A stretch of 64,000 bases of DNA. Source: Eledone cirrhosa. Its lineage: Eukaryota. The stretch is from the NCBI GenBank assembly GCA_964016885.1, contig OZ024743.1:157170001-157234000 (forward strand), written 5' to 3'. Each line of letters opens with the position of its first letter. Position 1 is the first letter of the stretch. The notes under the pieces are model-generated. The model saw nothing but the letters and a program-made list of their open reading frames with translations, searched no databases and was not told the DNA's origin. This document shows positions 52,951 to 64,000 of the stretch, piece after piece. The position numbers and the translations under genes are program-made.

Positions 52951-53479
52951 ACTCCGTTCGTCAGCGATTGAAAAATCACCACCAGAATTTAGACCAATAT
53001 AATCAATATATTGTTAGATGCATAGAAGCATCCGTAAATATTTCGACCTCGTCGTCCACAAATTCTCAATGAAAGTAGGCGTGAAAATGTAGCGATCGGA
53101 GCAAAGTTTAATTACTAATTACGTATATATTAAAATCGCATAGACAATACAGTTTCAAACCATGAAAAAAGATTCTAATTACAGTGATTAGAAATGGATA
53201 ATAAGCAGAGTTAGAACGAATGGATTTCAACAAAAGGCTGTCCGAACGATAACCGAAAATCTTCCAGAGAGAAGTTAACGCAAATTTGTCTATGCTAGCA
53301 TGTGCTGCCAAAGGCATTGCTACCAAATTCATAGTGACATGACATGATGCCTAGATAGTATCTATGTTATCATTGTTATCATAACTATATATATATAGTT
53401 CAAGGAGACAACAAACAGAGTCAGCCTCACACGTGCCCGTGGCTTTGGTCGCTCCACTGCACTTACTCCACACCACAAC

Positions 53480-54060
53480 ACGTTAACTATTGCCATTCCC
53501 CCTCACCTGCCACCTTTCTACCTTGACGTCCGTCTTTTCCACCGCCTTATCCCTCGACTTCACCCATTTTTCTCCTCCCACCACTCCCTTCATCCAAGCG
53601 CACTCGTATCATCGGAACCTCCTCGTTCACAGTACCCTTACTCTCCCAATATATCTGGGTCCCACCCCTGTTCCCGAGCCCGCTGCCATACATGCAGCTT
53701 TATATCCCACGCCACCATCCTTTTCCGTTCCAATGACTGATCCTTCCGGGTTAGGGACTGCTTCAGCTGCACCTCCACCAGCCTTGGTTGTGAGCTCAGT
53801 TGCACTCTGTATGGAGCCAACTACCTTGGTCAAACTGGCCGTTGTCTGGTCGACAGATTTGCTGAACAGCTTCGGGACATCCGGGTCGGTTACCCGACTT
53901 CGATCTCCCGACATTTTTGATCTACTGGCATCTCCACATGCAACCCTATTATCTTCGGGCTCGTTGTGACAGAACTTCTGACTCGTGCTGGCGGAGAGAA
54001 CAGCAACTTATTTTCTCCTTACAAACATGTTTTCATGCTAACCTTACTGCACCATCCATC
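53480..54060 (+). pseudogene. Decayed Neptune-type PLE Cys-linker + GIY-YIG fragment
   Basis: RNLLVHS..GSHPCSRARCHTCSFI..FSCTSTSL..C..YLGQTGRCLVDRFAEQLRDI. Confidence 0.75.
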
Positions 54061-54258
54061 TCCCTTTAATCTGCTTTGTCATATACTTTCTATCACACAC
54101 TAAACATACTTCATTTATCTTATGACACAAACTCGTTAATACATACACGCTTACATACATATCACATCATACAATTTAATATTTACACAATATAAACGTC
54201 AACATACATCCACACGTTAAAATGTAATCATACATTCACACACATATTTATGTGTGTG

Positions 54259-54304
<46 letters not shown>

Positions 54305-54329
54305 TATGTGTGTGTGTGTGTGTGTATGT

Positions 54330-54394
<65 letters not shown>

Positions 54395-54589
54395 TGTCTG
54401 TGTGTGTAAATCTGTAAGTATGTATATACATACACATACACATACATAAGCCACAGGCATATCTAGGAATTCATGAGTACAGAGCTACAGATATTAGGGA
54501 GAAATGTGGAAGGATCAATTATTCAATATGTATTGACACAAAGTGAAATTGCAATGAACAGAATTGATCTGCGCAGCCGAGTTAGAAGT

Positions 54590-54850
54590 AGTATCACGAC
54601 TGGAAGGTGAAGGATCAGTCGGCTAGAGTTTGCAGATGACGCGTTGTTACTCGTAAGATGGTGTCTCCGACTTGCACTTGATAGGTTTGATACCGGGTGT
54701 TAGAATGAAAATCAGTGCTGCGAAGACTGAAAGACTTGTGCTCTTAAGGAACCCTGCGCAGTACACTCTACATGTAAATGAAATTCTACTGAATCAGGTA
54801 GAGAAATTCAAGTATCTCGCGACTGTATTCACAAGTGATGAAACTAAAAC
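54590..54850 (+). pseudogene. Non-LTR RT fragment (RTE-like)
   Basis: LEFADDALL..MKISAAKTE..QVEKFKYL. Confidence 0.7.
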
Positions 54851-54865
54851 ACTCTGGTGTTGTAA

Positions 54866-55150
54866 TTCTTCTTCTTCTTCTTCTTCTTCTTCTTCTTCTT
54901 CTTCTTCTTCTTCTTCTTCTTCTTCTTCTTCTTCTTCTTCTTCTTCTTCTTCTTCTTCTTCTCCCTGTCGTGGGGGCAGAGTTATCAAACACTCTTTCCA
55001 GCAGTTCCTGTCAGAAGCAGCCATGTCCAACTGATTCGACTGGATCTCCAAGCGAGTCTATTTGAGTCTATGATTATTATCCAATCATCTTGTTCAGCAT
55101 GTACCTCTTCGTCTCCTCCCGGGTTATTTTACCCGTAAAATCCTCTCTAA
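54866..55150 (-). mobile_element. RTE 3' end with (GAA)n tail
   Basis: Minus reads ..DMAASDRNCWKECL.. followed by (GAA)n (the TTC tract at 54866-54960). Confidence 0.65.
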
Positions 55151-55387
55151 GGTTTATCCGCTTTATTCCACACTTCATTCCAGTTGCTATCATAAACCAA
55201 ACTAATGAAGAGAAGTAACGCAAAAACTCATCCAAAAATAGTGAAAGAGATAAAATTTAATTCGTTAAAATACCCATTTTACACGAAAAGGTTTTCTGTT
55301 TCCGCCGTTATTTTGTATCATTCTGTTTTGATTTTTGCCTTAAATCTAAAATTTATTTCGCATCAATGATTATTTAAAGTGTCATTA

Positions 55388-55578
55388 GGAGCTGTGAATT
55401 GGCAGTATCATTAGAGGGTTGGACGCCATGCTTTCTAGTATAGTTACGTCCCTTTACGGTTTGAGTTCAAATCCCGTCGAGGTTAACTTTGCCTTTCATC
55501 CTTACGGGGTCGATAAAATAAAGTACCAGTAATGTACTGGCTAATTGATGGCCGTGTGCCAAAAGTAGACATAGTTAT
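55388..55578 (+). mobile_element. tRNA-derived SINE
   Basis: A/B boxes and family body. Confidence 0.9.
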
Positions 55579-55754
55579 ATGTTATTGATGATTCATGTGT
55601 GTGTGTGTGTGTGTGTCTGTGTGTGCATGTGTGTGTGCGTGTGTGTGTGCATGTTTGTGCCTGTGTGTGTGTGTGTGTGTCTATGTATGTAAATATATAC
55701 TATGTATATTTGTATATATATATTGATATTATATATATCTAACCATATACACAC

Positions 55755-55795
<41 letters not shown>

Positions 55796-55882
55796 AACAC
55801 GCATCTCATACTTTTTTACGTAAGCTCTATGATTTATCTTATCAAATCTATGCAGATATGTTTATACGTATATATATGTATG

Positions 55883-55970
<88 letters not shown>

Positions 55971-55971
<1 letters not shown>

Positions 55972-56190
55972 AGGAACGAGTAGGACCCCGACGGCTGAGC
56001 TCAAGCCGTTTCGACGGCTAATTCTGGACTAAATCAGATTTAGTCCAGAATTAGTCCAGAATTAGCCGTCGACACGGCTTGAGCTCAGCCGTCGGGGTCA
56101 TACTCGTTCCTATTTCCCACTCTACTACCCTAAGTATTGAGTACTTTGGTGCGTTATGGTCCACCTGGTTCCTTAGCACATTTCCTTCGT
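55971..56190 (+). mobile_element. Truncated pLTR-like fragment with a 142-bp fold-back (55971-56112) containing half a hammerhead
   Basis: Palindrome; GAAA-CGGCT..AGCCG-TC stem III on the minus arm; flanked by (TA)n. Confidence 0.5.
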
Positions 56191-56194
56191 TATA

Positions 56195-56825
56195 TATATA
56201 TATATAAATGTAAGTATGTACGTATACGTACATACATATATGTATACAAACGTACAGTAGTATGTATATTTATACATACATGCGCACATATATATATGCA
56301 GGTAACGGTTTACCGAACATTTATTATAATGCTCGGTTTGTTTGTAAACGAACAAACAGCCCGAATTATGCCGTACAGTGTTTATGCAACCACGTCACCT
56401 TTTTGTTCAATACTGACACAGGAACGACTAAACACACTCGATATGCAAATTAGGCTGCTCAGCCGTTAATATGAATAAGGAAACCATCTGGCAGGAACGT
56501 GTACGATGGTGACGATAGCTAATAAGCTTGAAACTAGTACATCGTTTCTGTGTCAGTGTTGAACAAAAAGGTGACGTGGTTGCCTGAACACTGTACGGCG
56601 TAATTCGGGCTGTTTGTTTGTTTACAAACAAACCAAGCATTATAATAAATGTTCAATAAACCGATACGTGCATATTTATATATGTGCGCATGTATGTATA
56701 TATATACATACTGCTGTACGTCTGTATACATATATGTATGTACGTATACATACATACTTACATTTAAGTAACTGCCGTACTAAGAGTGAGAAATGAAATT
56801 TCGTTTCATTCTATTCCATTTATAT
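56195..56825. mobile_element. MITE/fold-back element with ~220-bp terminal inverted repeats, between TA tracts
   Basis: ~56205-56425 is inverted at ~56540-56765; its end also occurs at 7191-7395. Confidence 0.75.
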
Positions 56826-56841
56826 ATATATATATATATAT

Positions 56842-57510
56842 GAATTTTATATTCTTTGAATGAAAAGAACCTTCCGACGAGAATCTTTCTTTGCAACGAA
56901 GGCCGTATGGTCTCCGTTTTATTTTTGGGATTCGAAACCGATCGGTAAAGGTAACTGTAGTAGGTAAAGTCAATTTTTTAAAATTTATTTTGAAACTTTT
57001 TCATTATTTACTAAATCTTGTTTATATTTGTTCTGGCTCGTTAATTTATTAACCCGCCATTGAACCACACTGGCATTTGGTTGGACAATACATGCGTACC
57101 TTGGCGCCTTGTGCGTGAAGGAACGTATTTCATATTACTACTACCTCCACTAACGTTGAGAACAAACTTGGTCATTCCGACTGCTGCTAGTAATAGCTGT
57201 GGCTAGTTTGACCTACCTCCTTTTGCCTCTATCTTTGCTACGGCCCTTGATAAACCTGTTCTACATCATCCACTCTCATCCCAGGAACAGTTTTTGATAG
57301 CGCTAGTTTGTGATTTAAATTCAGGAATTTTATATTCTTTGAATGAAAAGAACCTTCTGACGAGAATCTTTCTTTGCAACGAAGGCCGTATAGTCTCCGT
57401 TTTATTGTTGGGATTCGAAACCGATCGGTAAAGGTAACTATAGTAGGTAAAGTCAATTTTTTAAAATTTATTTTGAAACTTTTTCATTATTTACTAAACC
57501 TTGTTTATAT
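56842..57510 (+). mobile_element. Non-coding element with ~185-bp direct repeats, each carrying a hammerhead (retrozyme/pLTR-like), between (TA)n tracts
   Basis: 56842-57026 is repeated at 57325-57510, period 483 bp. Confidence 0.75.
57352..57435 (+). ncRNA. Type-I hammerhead motif, intact core
   Basis: acctt-CTGACGA-gaatc..gattc-GAAA-CCGATCGG-TA-aaggt; GUA cleavage triplet at 57428-30. Confidence 0.8.
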
Positions 57511-57586
57511 ATATATATATATAAATTCTTCCAGGGGCGCTATGCCGGTTAAGCACTCTATGCTCCTACGGAGCAGAGTATTATAG

Positions 57587-58293
57587 AATGGAAAACGAAA
57601 AATCAGTGATGCATCGGAACTCAATTTATTCTGTGTTACAATTGTTTCCCCGGCGAACAGCTCGAGGTGCGATCCATGTGTGGATCTACCTGACTCTACT
57701 CTCGCAGGTTCCTCGGAAACGTCTATTGATTACGGATCATATCCTCTTTCTGGGGTTTTCTGGCCCTACAAGCCTATATCGTCCACCTTCATCCGCTTTG
57801 CGCGTCCTTGGGTTGGTCATTGGTTAGTGACGTCATCATTATTCAGACCCCTTGTAACAGCCCGCTGACCGTCAGGCCGTTAGCTGTTACTAGCCCATAG
57901 CCCCGTCGGCAAAATGACTGCTGTTTGTCAGCTCCCACTCCCACTCGCACACACACACACGCACAGATACTGACAGATACATACATAGCTTGTGTGTGCT
58001 TAAGTTCACACACATAAATAGTCACACAAATATACGCATACATGCCCACAGAGAGGCACACACACACGCGCGTTCATATACGCACGCACACACACACACA
58101 TACACGCACCCTATATATAGATGCACACACACGTACGCATCCGTACATGTACATACACATACATATGCATGCATACACACATACACATATATACGTCTAC
58201 ACACATACGTCTACACACACGCATACACACACGCATATACACACAAACATACACATACATATGCACACACATACACATAAATCTATACTCACT

Positions 58294-58371
<78 letters not shown>

Positions 58372-59528
58372 TACACACACACGCATACTACAATACATTT
58401 ACCCCCCCCCCCTGCACGTGTGCATACACACACACGCAGACTCGCACATATACTCTTCCACATATGTATACATGTATGTACACACAACTACACACATAAA
58501 ATAATACACAAAAAATATATGTAAGAAAGGCATGTAAGGATGCACGTTGGTTGTGCATGCAGACGGAGTTGATATCATGCTGCCTATATGGATAAATCCG
58601 CGTTTAGACACCTAAGCAAGGCTATATATGGAGAGTTCATGGTATTAGACTAAAAGGTATGCCCAGACCGTATATAGTAGATGCATGCATCATATATGAA
58701 AGAATGTATGAAGAATATATACAAAATATATATAAAAAAATATATAAAAAATTCATTAAAAAAAATATATATATCCAGTGAATTTCCAACCGATAAGGTA
58801 TGATTTTCATGGGTACGCTTCTATTTATAAAACAGACTTTGTATTTTATCTGATGAGAGGGTACCAATGTTGTCTTGGTTGCCCTTGAAATATATATAAT
58901 AAAATAAATATGGTTTTATATATATAGTTTCCATTTATTTAATATGATTGTATACATAAAAAGATATATAAAAAAAAAAATATATATATATTAAAAGAAA
59001 TATATATATTAAAAAAACAAATATATATATACGTATATTTAAAAAAATACATACATCTGAATTATATAAGAAAAGTATACAAATATATACATCGATCTGT
59101 ACATGGAAAAATACATGGGGTGTTACGTAATGGAATGCGCGGAGAATATGCACATACCACTGAAAAGATACACAAGCATGGAGTGCGTGAACAGGCCATA
59201 AAGGAGCATGACACTGTCGGTGATATAGAGTGCCTTATTGAAGTATGGTACGGGACCGACCATCCGTGGAGGTTGAGACACCGTGTTCCGGCTCATGCGA
59301 TGTTATTGCCTGGGATGACGCATGGGCCGGGACATGATATAGGATTGTAGGGCCAGAAAACACCAGAAAGAGGATATGATCCGAAATCAATAGGCGTGTC
59401 CGAGGAACCTGCGAGACTAGAGTCAGGTAGAGCCACACATGGATCGCACCTCGAGTTGTTCGACGGGGAAACAATTGTAACACACAATAAATTGAGTTCC
59501 GATGCATCACTGATTTTTCGTTTTCCAT
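57587..59528. repeat. Inverted pair of ~200-bp repeats (57587-57790 and 59335-59528)
   Basis: The ORF track shows near-identical peptides MENEKSVMHRNSIY.. on opposite strands. Confidence 0.8.
58842..58906 (+). ncRNA. Type-I hammerhead motif, intact core
   Basis: Stem I tattttat/ataaaata, CTGATGA 58850-56, stem II gaggg..ccaa/ttgg..ccctt, GAAA 58887-90, palindromic ATATATAT stem III, AUA site. Confidence 0.82.
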
Positions 59529-59649
59529 TATATATATATTTATATATATATATATATGTTGTTTCTTTTTTTTTTAAAGAGCTCGGGATTCCTTTTCCTT
59601 TGAGCACATTATTGGCAGGGAATAACTAGAGTCTATTGCTCTTCCGTAG

Positions 59650-61664
59650 TACATTGGTTTAATAATATTAAAGATAAAAATAGTTCTAGATTCACACAAT
59701 TTGATATTGTATACTTCTACCCGTCTATTACTCACCCTCTTTTAACGAAAGCATTAAATTTCGCTAGAAAGTTTATCAATATTTCTGATATTGAAGAGAA
59801 TGTCATTTTGCATGCTAGAAACTCTTTACTGTTTACTAATAATGACACTTGGGTAAAAAATCTAACCCAGAGAACCCGTTCGATGTCTCAATGGATTCTT
59901 TTGACAGTGCTGACATGTGTGATTTAGGCGGCCTATTCCTCCTACACACACTTAAAGAGAAATTCCCTAACTATACCTTTGGGCTTTATCGTGACGATGG
60001 TCTAATACTTTCCCATACCACTATAGACCATAACTTAGATAGATTCAGGAAAGACTTCATAAAAACCTTCGCTAGTTTTAATCTTAAAATTACCATTGAC
60101 ACTAACCTTTCTAATGTTAATTTTCTAGATATAAACCTAGGTCTGGCTACTACTTCTTATAAACCGTGCCATAAACCTGATGAAAATTTAAAATATATAA
60201 ATAAAAGATCTTGCCATCCTTCTATAGTTTTTAAAATCTTATCCCTAATATTAGCCATAGGATCTCCACCCTATCTTCCTCAGAAGCTATTTTCAATAAG
60301 GCATCCCCCTACTATAATAAAGCCCTTCAAAATAGTGGATTTAGCGAGCCGATTAAGTACATACCCAACAATACTAACTCCTTGAAACATAATAATAGGA
60401 AAAGAAAAATAATCTAGTTCACACCCCCTACTCTTTAGCAGTTAAAACTAATGTAGGAAAAACATTCCTAGAGCTCTCAGATAAACATTTCAATAGAAAT
60501 GGTGTCAAAGTCAGCTACTCCTGCGGTCCACCTATTAAATCTTATATCCTCAATAAGAATATAGTCAGACAACATAAACATTTCTCCTGTAGAGTCAAAA
60601 GTGATTGCCCATTACAAGGTAAATGCAACACAAAAGCCATTGTATATGCGGCTAAAGTGACAACCACCAGCAACGATATGTGTGTATGACACAAGACAAA
60701 TTCAAAACGCGTTATTACTCACATGTCGCATATTTCCGACATCCTGAAAAAAGATATACAACAGCTCTGGCTAGCAGAATATGGGATTTGAAAGACCAAG
60801 GTATCCAATATAAATTAAATTGTTCAATTCTGAACCAATCTAAAGAATATGCAAGAGGAACAAGAAGATGTGCAATCTGCATAAGTGAAAAATATTGGAT
60901 TTTACAGAACGTTAAATCACCAAAAACCTGCCTAAATGCAAAAACAGAAATTTTCACCAGTTGCCCACACATGAAATCACACTTGCTTTCCAGCTCATAT
61001 AAACTTAACTCACTTTCAGATACTTATCCTCCATAAACTCTTGTTCTTCCCTTCTTTAACTTACCTTCTTTACGGACTTCTCTTTCTGACTTACTTTTAT
61101 TTTTATTTTTATCTTTATTTTTACTTCACATCCACTAGTGACCCGCCCCCTTCTTTTTGATTCACTTACATTATATCTTCACAATTTTACATATTTTACT
61201 TCCCCCTTTTCTTTCAATACCTGATATCACATGCCACTTGTATTTTCAACTCCAGATATAATCTTTTGTCCCTCAGCCGCTTTTATGTATGTTAATTTGT
61301 ACTCATTTATTCATACGGCTGGTTTTGATATTGTATGTATGCGAGTAAGTGTGCATATGTGTGTATACGTGTTTGTATATGTATACGAATGCATTCGTTT
61401 GTGCGCGTGTAAGTGTATATGTGTGTGTGTATGTGTGTTTTTATATCTGTTTTTTACTTACTTATATATATGTATATATATATATATATATATATGTATA
61501 TACAAATATATATATATACGTACAGACAAAAGCACATACATGCGTATACATGCGTATACATGCGTGCGTGTGATTAGATGTACATGTATGTATATATATG
61601 TGTATCGTGTGTATGTATGCGCGGTTTTATATGTATGTACGCATGTATGTGCTTTTGTCTGTAC

Positions 61665-61732
<68 letters not shown>

Positions 61733-62450
61733 AAGTACGAACCTCTGTATGTTTTCTACTTTTTATTTATTTTTTGTAGTGTTATTTTATAATTGATAAC
61801 CCCTCCCTCTTACTTTCTCTTTGATTTAATTTTTTAAATCTTATATATTATTTCATTTTCATATTTTATATTTTTATATCTGTATCGACCTTCAGCCTGA
61901 AACTGCTTTGACTGATACACTCCCTTCCCTGTATATATCACATACATGTATGTGGATGCTCGTGTGTGTATGTTTATTCGTGTGCTTTTATCATTGTATG
62001 TGTATATATTTCAATCCTTAGTCCCTGATTCTGTATGTACGCTAACTCTATTATCTTACAATTTCTTTTTTCAACATATATTATATACGTATTTATGGTC
62101 ACCCATACACTGATATGCTTGCCCTCATGTATATAATTACGCACACATTTGTTCACTATACACATGCATTTGTACATACACACATATGTATATTTGTAGG
62201 TGCATATACACATATTTATACACATATCCTTACTATATTTCCTTATTTTATTTTTATATATCTCTTGCATTACTTTTATTTATATATTTTTTCTGCACGT
62301 TAAACTGTGTCTATCTTGAGGAGATTTTTCAAATATTTCAGTATGTTTTAAATAGCCTGGTCTGGCAAACGAATGAGGACGTTTCTTGTCTTATTCGGGA
62401 AACCTCTGGTAGTGAGGAAATTATATTGTATTGTTTATTATATATATATA
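59650..62450 (+). mobile_element. 5'-truncated Penelope-like element (same clade as 26.5 kb), frameshifted RT + GIY-YIG and microsatellite-rich 3' region
   Basis: QFDIVYFYPSIT, FDVSMDSFDSADMCDL, GLYRDDGL, NFLDINL; FKTRYYSH..CAICISEK..SCPH (60680-61036). Confidence 0.87.
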
Positions 62451-62597
62451 TATATATATTAGAAAGTGAGGTTTTTTTTACAAAATGAAAAATAACCGAG
62501 GTGTCCTACACGAGTGAAAGTATAAAGAAAAAGAGATGAAATCGAAAATGCAACTGGAGTCTTATTTTTTTTTTTAAATATATATATTTATTTGGTC

Positions 62598-62635
62598 CCT
62601 TTACCGGTTTCGCAGTTCTTCTGCTTTTCAAAAGG
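62598..62635 (-). ncRNA. Decayed minimal hammerhead at another PLE 3' end
   Basis: cctt-TTGAAAA-gcag..ctgc-GAAA-ccgg-TA-aagg: all three stems pair, two core bases are mutated. Confidence 0.5.
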
Positions 62636-62849
62636 TTAGTTGAGATGGAGGGTCTGTGGTTTTTCTCACATCTGGTTGGTCTCTGAATGTTACTTGTTTT
62701 ATATGGAAAAAGTGGCTCGAAATGCCAGGTTTTTCGAGAAGTAATTTGATTGGTTTGTCAATAATTATAATAAATTTCGCGCCAGTTCGCGTTACAATAG
62801 TTCTTCAAATAAGAGGGGGGGGGGTTGTCACAGGTTATTTTTTCATATA

Positions 62850-63491
62850 TGAGTGTTTGAATTTCTTTTTACTTGAAAAAAGAGGGCTCACGAAGGCTTT
62901 TTTTTGGTTGGTTCTAAATGAAATTATGGCTGTCACGTGAACAAGTTTTCATAAAATGTTCGTGCCCTTATTTGGAAATCTATTCTGTAGCCTTTTTAGA
63001 GAATGTTATGATAAGTGAAAGATAATGGTCAAGAGAAGGGGATGGGAGAATTGTTCTGGTTCAATGAATATGGTTAGTTCGCTGGGGTGTCAGAATTCAG
63101 ATTTTCTATTGAAAAAAGAAAGTAAAGATATGTATGTTTATTTGTGTGCTTCTGTGTGTGTGCGTGTGTGTGTGTTGTGTGTGTGTGTGTGTTTGAATTT
63201 CTTTACTTTAAAAAAAGGTGGCTCACGAAGGCTTTTTTTTAATAAACGTGATTTGATTGGTTATAAATGAAATTTGGCTGTCACGTGAACAAGTTTTCAT
63301 TACATTTTTGCGCCCTTATTTGGAAATCTATTCTGTAGCCTTTATAAAGAATGTTATGACAATGGAAAGATAGTGGTCAAGAGAAATGGGATTGGGAGAA
63401 TTGTTCTGGTTCAGTGAATATGGTTAGTTCGATTGGGTGTCAGAGCTCAGATTTTCTATTGAAGTGAACATATGTATGTTTATTTGTGTGC

Positions 63492-63500
<9 letters not shown>
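62850..63500. repeat. ~340-bp direct tandem duplication separated by (TG)n; probable PLE 3' region on minus
   Basis: gtgtttgaatttc..ggctcacgaaggc..ctgtcacgtgaacaag occurs twice. Confidence 0.8.
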
Positions 63501-63573
<73 letters not shown>

Positions 63574-63835
63574 TGGAAGATGATTCTATTAGTAGAAATG
63601 TGGTAGGGAGTTGTGTGTGTGTATATGGGTGTTAGGTGTGTGTGTGCGAGTATGTTAAGATGGAGAGAATATATATTGTGTGTGTGTGTATATATGTCTG
63701 TAGGAAAGTGGTTCTATTAGTAGAAATGGAGGAGGGAGTTGTGGTGTGGGGTTGTTATGTGTGTGTATGGGTGTTATGTGTGTGGGAGTAAGGTTAGCAT
63801 GTTAAGATGAAGAGAATATATATATATATATATAT

Positions 63836-63874
<39 letters not shown>

Positions 63875-64000
63875 GGAAATGATTCCTTTAGTAGGAATAT
63901 TTTTGAATGAACATATTTTCCTTACTTATTCGTATTTGTTCTGTTGTATTGTCAGTGCAAACGTATGTTAAGGTTTATTTAGTTCGGGTTTTTATTTTCT

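Noticed and set aside
62355-62430. Hammerhead at the 3' end of the 59.6-kb PLE
   Set aside because: A hairpin is present but no CTGANGA core could be placed

Overview
Eukaryotic, AT-rich, microsatellite-dense DNA with no host gene I can support. The SINE family, the RTE LINE and the (TA)n/(CA)n load suggest a cephalopod (octopus-like) genome, but this is inference. The window is almost entirely mobile and repetitive. It holds an RTE-type LINE (1-2.6 kb, minus), about ten Penelope-like retroelements (PLEs; RT + GIY-YIG) or fragments from at least two clades, several with inverted pLTRs, and nine copies of one tRNA-derived SINE. It also has MITE- and Helitron-like elements and a 10.6-kb array of 17 x 627-bp units that begins with a (TA)n-centred fold-back and ends directly against a PLE RT. 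Reading by eye reveals about eight sequence families of type-I hammerhead ribozyme (HHR) motifs. These include one with a ~115-nt stem II, a direct-repeat pair that would release a ~483-nt retrozyme-like RNA, and one whose stem II appears to have self-primed a fold-back. A possible twister-like motif lies at the RTE 5' end. Most long ORFs in the track are microsatellite artefacts. All folds and identities were estimated by eye, not computed.
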